In this document: one piece after another, positions 28,037-37,672 of the stretch
How the letters are laid out: every line of letters begins with the position of its first letter
Position numbering within the stretch: position 1 is the first letter of the stretch
Source: Candidatus Micrarchaeia archaeon
Lineage (GTDB): Archaea; Micrarchaeota; Micrarchaeia; Anstonellales; J096
Assembly (NCBI GenBank): GCA_041500865.1
Contig: JBGQMY010000004.1
Coordinates: forward strand, 10,079 to 74,078
Length of the DNA: 64,000 bases
Direction: 5' to 3'
Program-made: the position numbers and the translations under genes
The notes under the pieces: model-generated
Databases searched by the model: none
Told to the model about the DNA's origin: nothing
Seen by the model: the letters and a program-made list of their open reading frames with translations, nothing else

Positions 28037-28308
28037 GCCGCATAAGCGCAGAAAACCTCGCGCTCCATGAGCTGATAGGGCTCAGGGTCCGCGTGCAAAG
28101 AAGTTCGTCCACGTACGAAGGCAAGGATGGAACCGTGGTGTGGGAGACGAGAAACACGCTCCTCATCCGCTCCGCTGGAAAGACGTGCGTGGTGCCGAAG
28201 CGCGGCAATGTGTTCGCGTTTAGCGTTCACGGGAAAAAGGTTTCCCTCGAAGGCTCGTCGCTGGAGAGGGACCCGGTAGAAAGGACCAAGAAAGGGATGG
28301 TAGCATGA
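28033..28308 (+). CDS. rnp1: Ribonuclease P protein component 1 (Rpp29/POP4)
   Basis: HELIGLRVRV, GTVVWETRNTL, VPK; start uncertain (possible ATA at 28033). Confidence 0.88.
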   Translation: MGRISAENLALHELIGLRVRVQRSSSTYEGKDGTVVWETRNTLLIRSAGKTCVVPKRGNVFAFSVHGKKVSLEGSSLERDPVERTKKGMVA

Positions 28309-28628
28309 CGCTGGAAGAAATCAACGATGAAATAGGAAGGAAAGTCAAGGAGGAATGCATATCCTCCAGGGGAATGAAGGTCAAGGGCACCGTTGTCTCC
28401 ATAAAGATGAAGAACACGGCGACCATTGAAAGGGAATTCTCCAAGACGCTCCACAAGTACAAGAGGGTCGCGATAGAGAAGAGCAAGATACACGTTCACG
28501 TGCCTGAAGGCATATCGCTCGGCCTTGGCGATGTCATCGAGGCGCAGCAGACGAGGAAGCTGAGCAGGACGAAGAACTGGGTAATAACCAGGATAATAAG
28601 CAAGGCTGTTGAGGCCAAGGGTGAATGA
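28305..28628 (+). CDS. rps17: 30S ribosomal protein uS17
   Basis: GTVVSIKM, KYKR, GDVI...RKLSRTK. Confidence 0.95.
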   Translation: MTLEEINDEIGRKVKEECISSRGMKVKGTVVSIKMKNTATIEREFSKTLHKYKRVAIEKSKIHVHVPEGISLGLGDVIEAQQTRKLSRTKNWVITRIISKAVEAKGE

Positions 28629-28629
28629 C

Positions 28630-29028
28630 ATGAAGGGCCTAACTTCCAAGGTAACCAAAACCCTCACTATTCTCAGCAACCTGAAATGCGACGACAACAG
28701 CGGGGCGCAGGTTCTGAAGATAATAGGGCTGCAGAGGTACAAGGGCGTCAGGAACAGGTATCCGGCTGCAGGCGTAGGCGACACAGTCATATGCTCTGTC
28801 ATAAAGGGCGACACGAAGATGATAGGGACGAAGGTAACGGCAGTCATAACGAGGCAAAGGAAAGAGTACAAGCGGCCGAACGGCACAAGGATAGGGTTTG
28901 AGGACAACGCAGCAGTCCTCATAAACGAGGACGGGCTTCCGATAGGGACCGAAATAAAGGGCGTCATAGCCAGGGAAGTGGCTGAAAAGTACCCGAAGGT
29001 GTCCGCAATAGCGGCCATGGTTATTTAA
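28630..29028 (+). CDS. rpl14: 50S ribosomal protein uL14
   Basis: DDNSGA, FEDNAAV. Confidence 0.97.
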   Translation: MKGLTSKVTKTLTILSNLKCDDNSGAQVLKIIGLQRYKGVRNRYPAAGVGDTVICSVIKGDTKMIGTKVTAVITRQRKEYKRPNGTRIGFEDNAAVLINEDGLPIGTEIKGVIAREVAEKYPKVSAIAAMVI

Positions 29029-29038
29029 GGGTGATTTG

Positions 29039-29527
29039 ATGGGAACGATAAAATCCTCAAGAAGGAGGTTTCACGCGCCTGCGCAGCACCGCAGGAAGGA
29101 CAGGCTCATGGTCCACGTTGACAAGGAGACAGGCAAAAAGCTTGGCATAACCTCGAGGTCAGTCCTGGTAAGGAAGGGCGACACTGTCAAGGTGACAAGG
29201 GGCGCGTATGCCGGGAAATCCGGGCAGGTCCTTGCAGTTGACTACGTAAAAAGCATGTTTGACATGGAAGGCATAACCAAGACCAACTCCAGGACAAAGA
29301 AGGAGGTCGCTGTGCCAATGGAGCCGTCCAATGCCGTGCTTGTCGCAAGGGGCGACATAAAGGCGCTGGCAAAGAGGCAGCCAAAAAAGAAGGAGCAGCC
29401 CAAAGAGGAAGCAAAAGAGGAAAGGAAGCAGGACGCCAAGCAGTCTGCAAGGGAGACAGAGGCGCAGGAAGCCAGGAATGCAAAGACCGAGAGCGCGCAG
29501 CTGTCCCAAAAATTGAGGAATGATTAA
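29039..29527 (+). CDS. rpl24: 50S ribosomal protein uL24 with charged C-terminal tail
   Basis: KOW VRKGDTVKVTRG, PSN. Confidence 0.93.
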   Translation: MGTIKSSRRRFHAPAQHRRKDRLMVHVDKETGKKLGITSRSVLVRKGDTVKVTRGAYAGKSGQVLAVDYVKSMFDMEGITKTNSRTKKEVAVPMEPSNAVLVARGDIKALAKRQPKKKEQPKEEAKEERKQDAKQSARETEAQEARNAKTESAQLSQKLRND

Positions 29528-29528
29528 T

Positions 29529-30215
29529 ATGGCAAGGAAAGGACCAAGGAACCATCTCAAGAGGTCTAACATTCCGGACAAGGTCTGGATAAGGAACAAG
29601 AAGGCTTACAAGTACATCAGGAGACAGAGCCCCGGGCCGCACACCATGGGGACGTCAATGAGCCTGGGCGTGCTTATGAGGGACATCATGAAATGCGTTG
29701 ACAACCTAAAGGAGGCGCAGTTCATCATGAGAAAAGGCCACGTCAAGGTTGACGGCAGGGCAAGGAAAGACTCCGACTTCCCAATTGGGTTGATGGACAT
29801 AGTTGAGGTAAGGGGCGCGGCGTACAGGATAGTGATAGGCCAGCATGGCAGGTACGAGGCAAAGGAGACTGACAAGAAGGACAAGAAGCCGCTCAAGATA
29901 ACCAGGAAGGTTTCGCTTTCAAAGGACAAATTCCAGCTTACGTTCCACGACGGCAAGACTAAAACGACGAATGACAACAGCCTTGCGGTCAACGACGTGG
30001 TGCTGTTTGACATCGCGAAAAAGGACATGGCTGACGTTGCAAAGCCGGTTGTCGGCTCAATGTGCCTCATAACGGAAGGAAGGCACTCCGGCAAGAAGGG
30101 GACGATAACGAAGATAAGCGGGACCGAGGTCAAGGACGTCACGATAGACGTGGACGGGAAAGCCATAATCACCAGGTTCAATTACATCTTCCCGATAAAG
30201 GAGGGGTGGCTCTGA
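29529..30215 (+). CDS. rps4e: 30S ribosomal protein eS4
   Basis: HLKR, PGPH, VKVDG, FPIGLMD, FHDG. Confidence 0.96.
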   Translation: MARKGPRNHLKRSNIPDKVWIRNKKAYKYIRRQSPGPHTMGTSMSLGVLMRDIMKCVDNLKEAQFIMRKGHVKVDGRARKDSDFPIGLMDIVEVRGAAYRIVIGQHGRYEAKETDKKDKKPLKITRKVSLSKDKFQLTFHDGKTKTTNDNSLAVNDVVLFDIAKKDMADVAKPVVGSMCLITEGRHSGKKGTITKISGTEVKDVTIDVDGKAIITRFNYIFPIKEGWL

Positions 30216-30790
30216 TGGCAGAAGCGAAAACGGAAAAAGCCGGGAAGAAAACGGAAAAGAAGGAAAAACCCGCCAACAAAGGGGCCAACCCCATGCGGGA
30301 AATAAAAATTGCCAAGGTTACGGTCAACATCGGCGTTGGCGCGCCAGGCGAGAGGCTGGACAACGCGCAAAAGCTGCTTCAGGAGATAACGGGCATAAAG
30401 CCGCTGGTCACGAAGGCAAGGACAAGGAACCCCGTGTTCAAGCTCAGGAAGGGGCTGCCGATAGGCGCCAAGGCGACGCTCAGGAAAGAGGCGGCAAAGG
30501 CATTCCTGAAAAAGGCGTTCATAGCAGTGAAAAACATGCTCAGCAGCGAAAACTTCGACAACAGGGGCAACTTCGCATTCGGCGTAAGGGAATACATCGA
30601 CTTTCCGGGCGTGAAGTACAACCCTGAAATCGGCATGTTCGGGTTTGACGTGTGTGTCACGCTGGAGAGGCCCGGCTACAGGGTGAAAAAGAGGAAGATA
30701 GCGACATCCAGCATAGGCAAGAAGCACTGGGTGACAAGGGACGAGGCAATCGGCTTCGTGAGCGGCGCCTTCGGCGTCAATGTTCAATGA
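30215..30790 (+). CDS. rpl5: 50S ribosomal protein uL5
   Basis: NPMREIKIAKVTVNIGVG, FDNRGNFAFG. Confidence 0.97.
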   Translation: MAEAKTEKAGKKTEKKEKPANKGANPMREIKIAKVTVNIGVGAPGERLDNAQKLLQEITGIKPLVTKARTRNPVFKLRKGLPIGAKATLRKEAAKAFLKKAFIAVKNMLSSENFDNRGNFAFGVREYIDFPGVKYNPEIGMFGFDVCVTLERPGYRVKKRKIATSSIGKKHWVTRDEAIGFVSGAFGVNVQ

Positions 30791-30800
30791 ATTGGTGGTC

Positions 30801-30989
30801 ATGATGACAGATATCAAGAAGCCTGCCGAGATAAACAGGAAAAGCTTGGACAGGCAGAGGGGAAGGGGAATAAGGATGTGCAAGAAGTGCGCGACGACGA
30901 AAGGACTCATAAGGAAATACGGCCTTTACGTCTGCAGGAGATGCTTCAGGGAAATGGGCGAGGACCTGGGCTTCTTCAAGTACAACTGA
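30801..30989 (+). CDS. rps14: 30S ribosomal protein uS14 (Zn type)
   Basis: CKKC...KYGLYVCRRCFRE...GF.KY. Confidence 0.96.
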   Translation: MMTDIKKPAEINRKSLDRQRGRGIRMCKKCATTKGLIRKYGLYVCRRCFREMGEDLGFFKYN

Positions 30990-31004
30990 AAATGGGTGTT
31001 CAAC

Positions 31005-31391
31005 ATGGCAATAGACCTGCTTTCTGACGGCCTCAACAAGATAAAGCTCTGCGAAAGGGTAGGCAAGGCGGAATGCGACGTCAAATACTCGAAGCTGCTT
31101 GCCAGCGTGCTTGACGTGCTGAAGGCTAACGGATACATAGCGGAATACGCGCAGAAGGACAACGGCAAAGGCGGGCTGCTCGCAGTGAAGCTGAACGGGA
31201 AGATAAACGAGCTGAGGTCGGTCAAGCCAAGGTTCGCGGTCTCAAGCAAGAAGTGGGTTGAGACTGAAACGAACTTCCTGCCGTCATACAACATAGGGCT
31301 GCTGGTCGTGTCCACGCCAAAGGGCGTGATGAGCAACAAGGAAGCCAAGGAGGCGAAGATGGGGGGAAGGCTCATAGCCTTCGTCTACTGA
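31005..31391 (+). CDS. rps8: 30S ribosomal protein uS8
   Basis: KPRF, STPKGVM, GGRLIAFVY. Confidence 0.96.
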   Translation: MAIDLLSDGLNKIKLCERVGKAECDVKYSKLLASVLDVLKANGYIAEYAQKDNGKGGLLAVKLNGKINELRSVKPRFAVSSKKWVETETNFLPSYNIGLLVVSTPKGVMSNKEAKEAKMGGRLIAFVY

Positions 31392-31400
31392 GGTGCTGCT

Positions 31401-31904
31401 ATGAGATACGTTTCAGTTGTTGCGCCAGAAGGCGTTTCTGTTTCAATAGACGGGCGGACAGTCACTGCCAAGGGGCCAAAGGGCCAGGTCAAGGCGGAGT
31501 TCAAGGTCGTTGGCGTGAACATGTCAATCAAGGACGGGAAGTTTGAGGTGGAAGGCACAAATACCGGCTCCATCAACACAATTAAGAGAAGGGTCCTGAT
31601 GTTGCTTGAGGGGGCCGCAAACGGATTCTCGCGGAAAATGGTCATACGGTATGCGCACTTCCCGATAAAGGTGAGCGTGAAAGGCAGCACGCTTATGATA
31701 GACAATTTCTACGGCGAGAAGAAGCACAGGCAGGCGAAGATAGTCAACGACACCAAGGTCAAGGTCGCGGGCCAGGAGCTTATCGTGGACGGCCCAAGCA
31801 TAGACGACGTGACGCAGACGGTCGCCAACATAAGGCAGGCGACCAAGACAAGGGAGAAGGACAAGAGGGTCTTCCAGGACGGCATTTACGCCGTAGGGGA
31901 ATGA
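31401..31904 (+). CDS. rpl6: 50S ribosomal protein uL6
   Basis: KGPKG, YAHFPI, DKRVFQDGIY. Confidence 0.96.
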   Translation: MRYVSVVAPEGVSVSIDGRTVTAKGPKGQVKAEFKVVGVNMSIKDGKFEVEGTNTGSINTIKRRVLMLLEGAANGFSRKMVIRYAHFPIKVSVKGSTLMIDNFYGEKKHRQAKIVNDTKVKVAGQELIVDGPSIDDVTQTVANIRQATKTREKDKRVFQDGIYAVGE

Positions 31905-31905
31905 G

Positions 31906-32352
31906 GTGCCAAGCATGAACAAGAAAAAGAAGCCGGATTTCATAATTCCAAACTCAAAAAGCATAATGAGGGTCCCTTCAAGGTGGAGGAAGCCGAGGGG
32001 CATAGACAACAAGAAGAGAATACGGTTGGCCGCGCACGGCAAATCGCCGCGCATAGGCTACAAGAACAGCAGCATTGTCAGGTTCACGCACCCGTGCGGG
32101 AACTTTGAGGTGATTGTGCACAACCCGGCGCAGCTGGAAGGCCTGAAGGACGTCGTAATAAGGATAAGCGGCCCTGTAGGGAACAAGAAGAGGATTGCGA
32201 TTGTGAAAAGGGCGGGCGAGCTCAAGCTGAGAGTCCTGAATCCCAAGGTCAAGCTGCGCGAAAGCAAGCCGAAAACGGGAGCCAACGAGCCAAAAGGCGG
32301 CGAAATCAAGCCAAAGCCAGAGGCCAACGAGCCAAAAGGTGAGAAGAAATGA
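31906..32352 (+). CDS. rpl32e: 50S ribosomal protein eL32
   Basis: WRKPRGIDNKKR, HPCG; tail carries a duplicated ANEPKG. Confidence 0.95.
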   Translation: MPSMNKKKKPDFIIPNSKSIMRVPSRWRKPRGIDNKKRIRLAAHGKSPRIGYKNSSIVRFTHPCGNFEVIVHNPAQLEGLKDVVIRISGPVGNKKRIAIVKRAGELKLRVLNPKVKLRESKPKTGANEPKGGEIKPKPEANEPKGEKK

Positions 32353-32795
32353 ACATGAAGACGCTCAGGAGGATAGCCGCAGAGACGCTCAAGGTAGGGA
32401 GAAACAGGATAAGGATAACATTCAATGCAGACACAAGCGAGGCAATAGGCGGCGCCATGACAAGGGCGGACGTTGCAGGCCTGGCAAAGGACGGCACGAT
32501 TTATGCCGTACCTGTGAAGGGAAGGCCGAAAAAGGAGAGGCGCAAAGGCAGGGGCGAGGGAAAGAGGAAGGGAACGATGAATGCCAGGATGCCGTTCAAG
32601 GACCTCTGGATGAAAAGGATAAGGGCGCTAAGGAAATACCTTGCCACGCTTGTTGCAAAAGGCTACGTTGACAGGAAGAACAAGAGGAAGCTGTACCTTA
32701 AGATGAAGGGGGGGTATTTCAGGGGCAAGTCGGCGTTCCTTGCATACCTGAAGGACAACGGCTTCCTGCTGAAGGACGCAAAAGAGGTGAAATGA
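32349..32795 (+). CDS. rpl19e: 50S ribosomal protein eL19
   Basis: RRIAA.LKVG, GEGKRKGT, WMKRIRALR, KGGYF. Confidence 0.96.
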   Translation: MNMKTLRRIAAETLKVGRNRIRITFNADTSEAIGGAMTRADVAGLAKDGTIYAVPVKGRPKKERRKGRGEGKRKGTMNARMPFKDLWMKRIRALRKYLATLVAKGYVDRKNKRKLYLKMKGGYFRGKSAFLAYLKDNGFLLKDAKEVK

Positions 32796-32796
32796 C

Positions 32797-33375
32797 ATGC
32801 CAAGAGCGAAATCCCCGATTTACGCCGTGCCTTTCAGGAGGAAGAGGGAAGGCAGGACCATATACGGAAGGAGGCTTGCGCTGCTGCAAAGCAGGAAGCC
32901 CCGTTTAGTCGTAAGGAAGACAGGCAGGGGCCTGGTGCTGCAAATGGTTTCTTTCATGCCAGAAGGGGACAGGACCATCGTGGCAGTCAACACAAAGAAG
33001 CTCAAGGAATACGGATGGGTTCCGAAAAGCAACATGCCGACAGCTTACCTTGCGGGCCTGCTCATAGGCAAGCTTGCAAAAGGCAAGGGCATAGCGAGCG
33101 CGGTGCTGGACATCGGAAGGCACACGCCGACAAAGCAGAGCATAGTCTTCGCAGCCATGAAAGGCGCGATGGACGCGGGCGTGGAGTCTGCGATGGGCAT
33201 GGAGCTTGACGAGAACAGGCTGAAGGGAGCCCATATCGCGGAGTACGCAAAGCTCATAAAGGGGGACAAGGAGCGCTACGCCAGGCAGTTCTCCCAATAC
33301 ATTGAGGCGAAGGTGGACCCGGAAAGGCTAACGGAGCTTTTTGAGAAGGTCAAGGCCAAGATAATGGAGGGTTGA
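32797..33375 (+). CDS. rpl18: 50S ribosomal protein uL18
   Basis: RRKREGRT.Y, RLVVRK, AYLAG, LDIG. Confidence 0.96.
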   Translation: MPRAKSPIYAVPFRRKREGRTIYGRRLALLQSRKPRLVVRKTGRGLVLQMVSFMPEGDRTIVAVNTKKLKEYGWVPKSNMPTAYLAGLLIGKLAKGKGIASAVLDIGRHTPTKQSIVFAAMKGAMDAGVESAMGMELDENRLKGAHIAEYAKLIKGDKERYARQFSQYIEAKVDPERLTELFEKVKAKIMEG

Positions 33376-33401
33376 TTGTTATGGCAAGGTATGGAGGGTT
33401 T

Positions 33402-34010
33402 ATGGCTATGTCAATAGGAGACTGGGAGCCAAGGACCGAACTCGGAAGGAAGGTCAAGAGCGGGGAGATAACGAACATTGACGACATACTGAAGGCGGGC
33501 AAACGCATACTGGAGCCGGAGATAGTGGACATGCTGCTTCCTGAGATAAAGACTGAAACAGTCAAGATATCAACGACGCAGAGGGTGACGGATTCTGGAA
33601 GGAGGATGAGCTTCAAGGCCATAGTGCTGGTCGGGGACGGAAACGGCCACGTGGGCCTTGGGGTCGGCAAGGCTGCGGAGACAGGCCCTGCCATAGACTA
33701 CGCGACAAGAAGCGCCAAGAAAAGCCTGATGTATATACCAAGAGGCTGTGGCTCGTGGGAATGCAGGTGCGGGAGCGGCCACTCTATACCGTTCGCTGTC
33801 AGCGGCAAGCAGAGCTCCACCACGGTTGAGCTGAAGCCTGCGCCAAGGGGCCTTGGACTGGCTGTCAATGACAACATCAAGATTGTGGCCTCGCTGCTCG
33901 GCATAAAGGACATATGGGGCCAGGCAAGGGGCTCTACGGACAACGTGTACAATTCGCTGGTCGCCACGCTTAAGGCGCTGAAGAAGATACAAAAGGGTGC
34001 TGTCCAATGA
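33402..34010 (+). CDS. rps5: 30S ribosomal protein uS5
   Basis: WEPRTELG, TDSGR, GCGSWEC, PAPRGLG. Confidence 0.97.
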   Translation: MAMSIGDWEPRTELGRKVKSGEITNIDDILKAGKRILEPEIVDMLLPEIKTETVKISTTQRVTDSGRRMSFKAIVLVGDGNGHVGLGVGKAAETGPAIDYATRSAKKSLMYIPRGCGSWECRCGSGHSIPFAVSGKQSSTTVELKPAPRGLGLAVNDNIKIVASLLGIKDIWGQARGSTDNVYNSLVATLKALKKIQKGAVQ

Positions 34011-34450
34011 ACCACTTTGAAAAGATGGACAAGGAAATCATAGCGGTCATCAGGGTAAGGGGCAGGAGGAGCATGAAGCCGAAGATAGACCATACGCTTG
34101 AGCTGCTCAAGCTGAGCAGGACCAACCATGCCGTCGTTTACAAGGCGACGATGCCGATAATCGGCATGCTCAAGGTCGTCAAGGATTACGTGGCGTTCGG
34201 CAGGATATCAAAGGGGACGCTTGAGGCGCTGATAGCCAAGAGGGGCGAGAAGGGCTCAAAGAAGGCCTCGGAAGTCGTAAACCCGAAGGAGGTCGCAGAG
34301 GCCGTTTTCGCAGGCAAAAAGCTGGGCGACTACATAGACCCGGTCTTCCGTCTCGCGCCCCCGAGGAAGGGATGGAAGAACGTGAAGAAGCCGGAGCTGC
34401 TTGTGCCCGAGAGCGGGGACATAGACGGCATTATCAAGAGAATGATGTGA
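34007..34450 (+). CDS. rpl30: 50S ribosomal protein uL30
   Basis: AVIRVRG, TLELLKL, FRLAPPRKG. Confidence 0.95.
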   Translation: MNHFEKMDKEIIAVIRVRGRRSMKPKIDHTLELLKLSRTNHAVVYKATMPIIGMLKVVKDYVAFGRISKGTLEALIAKRGEKGSKKASEVVNPKEVAEAVFAGKKLGDYIDPVFRLAPPRKGWKNVKKPELLVPESGDIDGIIKRMM

Positions 34451-34461
34451 AGGGGATACTC

Positions 34462-34887
34462 ATGACCAGAAGATATGCCAGGAAGACCGGGAAATGGAGG
34501 GGCTCAAGCAGCCACGGCTGCGGAAACTGCAAAAACAGGAGAGGCAAAGGCAACAAGGGCGGAAAGGGCCGGGCGGGAAAAGGGAAGCACAATAAGCACA
34601 AATGGACCTACATGGTTGCCTATGAAAGGGACAGGATAGGCAAGAGGGGCTTCGTGCCGCTCAGTTCCACTCATTGCGAAAAAACAATCAACCTCTGGGA
34701 GATAAACGGGCTTGTGGAGCAGGGCAAGCTTGAGAAAGAAAAGGACAGGTACGTGCTTGACTTTGAAGGCAAAATCCTTGGCTCCGGATTGCTAAACTAT
34801 CCGCTCAAGGTGAAAGCCAAGGCCATAAGCGATAAGGCAAAGGCCAAGATTGAAGCCAAGGGAGGCTTAGTCGAGGTCTCGGCCTGA
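34462..34887 (+). CDS. rpl15: 50S ribosomal protein uL15
   Basis: RG...HG.G, GGKGRAG, KILGSG, AKAKIEAKGG. Confidence 0.95.
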   Translation: MTRRYARKTGKWRGSSSHGCGNCKNRRGKGNKGGKGRAGKGKHNKHKWTYMVAYERDRIGKRGFVPLSSTHCEKTINLWEINGLVEQGKLEKEKDRYVLDFEGKILGSGLLNYPLKVKAKAISDKAKAKIEAKGGLVEVSA

Positions 34888-34898
34888 GGTGCCCCATA

Positions 34899-36323
34899 AT
34901 GATACAAGAGATATTTGAGTTCCTGGGAGGGCTTGCCAAATACCTTCCGGAAGTTGACGTGCCGAAGAGGCAGCTGACAGCAAAGGAGAAGCTTTTCTGG
35001 CTTGGGGCAGTAGTCGTGGTCTATTTCATACTATACCACCTGACAGTTTTTGGCCTGAGGACGGGCGGCGCAGGGACCGACTTCATCCAGGTCGTTACAG
35101 CGTCAAAGACCGGAAGCTTCCTCACGCTCGGAATCGGCCCCATAGTCATGGCAAGCCTGTTCCTCCAGCTTTTCGTGGGAGCCGGGCTGCTCAATTTAAG
35201 TTTGCAGGACCCTGCGCAGAAGAGGAAATTCCACCAGATGCAGGTCGTCCTTGCCATAATAGTGGCAATACTTGAAGGTTACGCATTCGGCACCAATTTG
35301 ATAAACAACGGGATGTCAGACCCTGTCATGATAGGGAAGATGGGAGGGGCGGCTGCGGTTGGGGGCTTCCTGCTCCATCTGGTGGCGTTGCAGTTCGTGC
35401 TCGGCGCCGTATTCGTCATATACATGGACGAAATAGTGCAGAAATGGGGCATAGGCTCGGGCATCAGCATGTTCATAGCCGCAGGCGTCAGCGCCACAGT
35501 CGTCAACCAGGCAATCTCAATACTGTTTCTCGGCTCCAACAGCGTGCTTGCCAAGTTCGCCGAGGGCGGGGCTAACGCAATAAGCCAGTCCATCGTGGCC
35601 ATAATACCCATTTTCTCGACCATACTGATATTTTACCTTGCCATATACGGCTCGCTGCTGAAAGTCAAGATACCGATATCGTTTGCGGCGCTCAGGGCGT
35701 CCGGAAGGCCGCTGGAGCTGCCCCTTTTCTACGTTTCCAACATACCGGTCATATTCGCCGCCGCGCTGTTCATGAACGTGTCCTTTGTGCATACCGCCGT
35801 AATAGGCGCCATCACCCCTGACAACCAGGCCTGGATGGGCCCGCTTTCGGACGTTGTCTACATGCTGACGCCGTTCTACGTTGGCATAGACATGAACACC
35901 TATTTCAGCCAGCTCATGCAGCCCACGCAGTATCTCGGAATCCCGGGATGGGGCCATGCCCTTATATATGTGACGACACTTTCGATAGTCGCAGTTTTTT
36001 TCGGCCTGTTCTGGATAGAGATGGCGAAGATGGACGCAAAGAGCATAGCCGCCCAGCTCGGCCAGTATGGGGCCAACATACCCGGCTTCAGGCAGGACAG
36101 GAGGTTCCTTGAGGAGAAGCTTAACGAGTATATCACGCCGCTCACGATAGCCGGCTCGTTTGCAGTAGGCTTGCTTGCGGGGATTGCGGACCTCACTGGC
36201 GCGCTGGGAACCGGAACCGGAATCCTGCTTACCGTGATGATACTTTACCAGTTCACAAGGCAGTCGTCTGAAGTCATACAGACGTACTTCCCCAATTTCT
36301 CAAGAATCGTGCTGGGTGAATGA
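34899..36323 (+). CDS. secY: Preprotein translocase SecY/Sec61-alpha
   Basis: LGIGPIV, KWGIGSGISMFIAAGV, YVSNIPVI, IPGFR, GTGILLTV. Confidence 0.97.
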   Translation: MIQEIFEFLGGLAKYLPEVDVPKRQLTAKEKLFWLGAVVVVYFILYHLTVFGLRTGGAGTDFIQVVTASKTGSFLTLGIGPIVMASLFLQLFVGAGLLNLSLQDPAQKRKFHQMQVVLAIIVAILEGYAFGTNLINNGMSDPVMIGKMGGAAAVGGFLLHLVALQFVLGAVFVIYMDEIVQKWGIGSGISMFIAAGVSATVVNQAISILFLGSNSVLAKFAEGGANAISQSIVAIIPIFSTILIFYLAIYGSLLKVKIPISFAALRASGRPLELPLFYVSNIPVIFAAALFMNVSFVHTAVIGAITPDNQAWMGPLSDVVYMLTPFYVGIDMNTYFSQLMQPTQYLGIPGWGHALIYVTTLSIVAVFFGLFWIEMAKMDAKSIAAQLGQYGANIPGFRQDRRFLEEKLNEYITPLTIAGSFAVGLLAGIADLTGALGTGTGILLTVMILYQFTRQSSEVIQTYFPNFSRIVLGE

Positions 36324-36326
36324 AAG

Positions 36327-36890
36327 ATGTATGTCATAATGGGGTTGCCTGGCGCAGGCAAGACAACGGTCATAACGAGCCTCAGGAAGCTCATGCCCAA
36401 GCTGAACGTAGTCAACTTTGGCGACGTAGCGCTTGAGGCCGGCAAGAGGCTCTATAAGATAGAGAGCAGGGACGAGATGAGGAAGAAGCTCAGCATTGAG
36501 CAGCAGCAGAAGCTCCAGGAAGAGGCCATAGCGGTCCTTTCCAGGATGACTGACCGCAATGTATTGCTTGACACGCATTGCGCGGTGAAGACGGCTACAG
36601 GCTACCTTCCGGGGCTGCCGTTCTGGATGCTCCAGAAGCTGAAGATAAATGGCTTCATACTGGTGTCCGCAAAGCCGGAGGAGATATTCAGCAGGAGGAA
36701 GAACGACCCTGCAAGGCCCGGACGCGATGCGGAAAGCCTGGACGAGATGAAGATGCACGACGCAATAAGCCGCGGCATGCTTGCGACGTATGCGGTGCTT
36801 GCCGGGGCGCCTGCCATGATAGTGGAGAACTCGGAAGGCAAGGTTGAGGATGCCGCGAAAAAGGTAGAATCGATGCTAAGAGGAAGATGA
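36327..36890 (+). CDS. adk: Archaeal adenylate kinase
   Basis: GLPGAGKTT, RDEMRK, DTH, GYLPGLP. Confidence 0.95.
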   Translation: MYVIMGLPGAGKTTVITSLRKLMPKLNVVNFGDVALEAGKRLYKIESRDEMRKKLSIEQQQKLQEEAIAVLSRMTDRNVLLDTHCAVKTATGYLPGLPFWMLQKLKINGFILVSAKPEEIFSRRKNDPARPGRDAESLDEMKMHDAISRGMLATYAVLAGAPAMIVENSEGKVEDAAKKVESMLRGR

Positions 36891-37666
36891 TGGACTTCAT
36901 CTATGCCATAGTTGCCTTTTCCTTTGTTTACCTAGTGCTGCTTAGGGCCGTGATGCTGAAGCTGGGCCTGAAGGAGTCAAACAAGCTCAGGGAGCGGCTG
37001 AGCGCGCTTGACAAGCAGTTTTTTGAGGCGTCCAAGAAGGGCAACGCGAAGGAGATGGAAAAGCTCAACGCCGAGAAGATACCCATCTCCATGCAGATCA
37101 TGAACATGCAGCTGAAGATGATGCTGCCCATGCTGATACTCTTCTTTGTCATGGTGATGGTGCTGAATGCGATGAACCCGCAGACCGGCGACGACGTTTC
37201 CATAAAGAACGTTTCATCCGTCAACCAGACTTTCGCACTGTCCAACCCGTCCATGGAGGCGTTCAGGATAGCTGGCAAGGACACGTCCAACACGTCCTTC
37301 ACAGGCTACATATACATAAGCAAGGAAAGGGGCATCTACACCAACTTAACGCCTGGCTACACCATTTATCCCATAATAAAGGGCTCGGGCAACTACGACG
37401 TCTATCCAATTGAGCAGAACGGCGCAATATCCCTGAAAGCGGAAAACATTACGCAGTTTGACTCCGTGGAATTCGATTCAGGCACGGAATCCAGCGTTTT
37501 CGTCCCGCTTGACATAATAGGGATACGGTTTGTATACGGTGCGCAGGGCCTGTTCATCTTCTTTGGCTTCCTGCTTGGCATAATCGAGCAGGTGTTCATG
37601 GGCAAGGCGCTCAACAACGCCATAGAGAAGGCGATGGAAAGGCTTGAAGGGAAGAAAAGCAATTGA
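36887..37666 (+). CDS. DUF106/EMC3/TMCO1 (Oxa1-superfamily) membrane protein
   Basis: TM, coiled coil, Met-rich segment, TM pattern; conserved position after secY-adk. Confidence 0.8.
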   Translation: MMDFIYAIVAFSFVYLVLLRAVMLKLGLKESNKLRERLSALDKQFFEASKKGNAKEMEKLNAEKIPISMQIMNMQLKMMLPMLILFFVMVMVLNAMNPQTGDDVSIKNVSSVNQTFALSNPSMEAFRIAGKDTSNTSFTGYIYISKERGIYTNLTPGYTIYPIIKGSGNYDVYPIEQNGAISLKAENITQFDSVEFDSGTESSVFVPLDIIGIRFVYGAQGLFIFFGFLLGIIEQVFMGKALNNAIEKAMERLEGKKSN

Positions 37667-37672
37667 GTTTGG

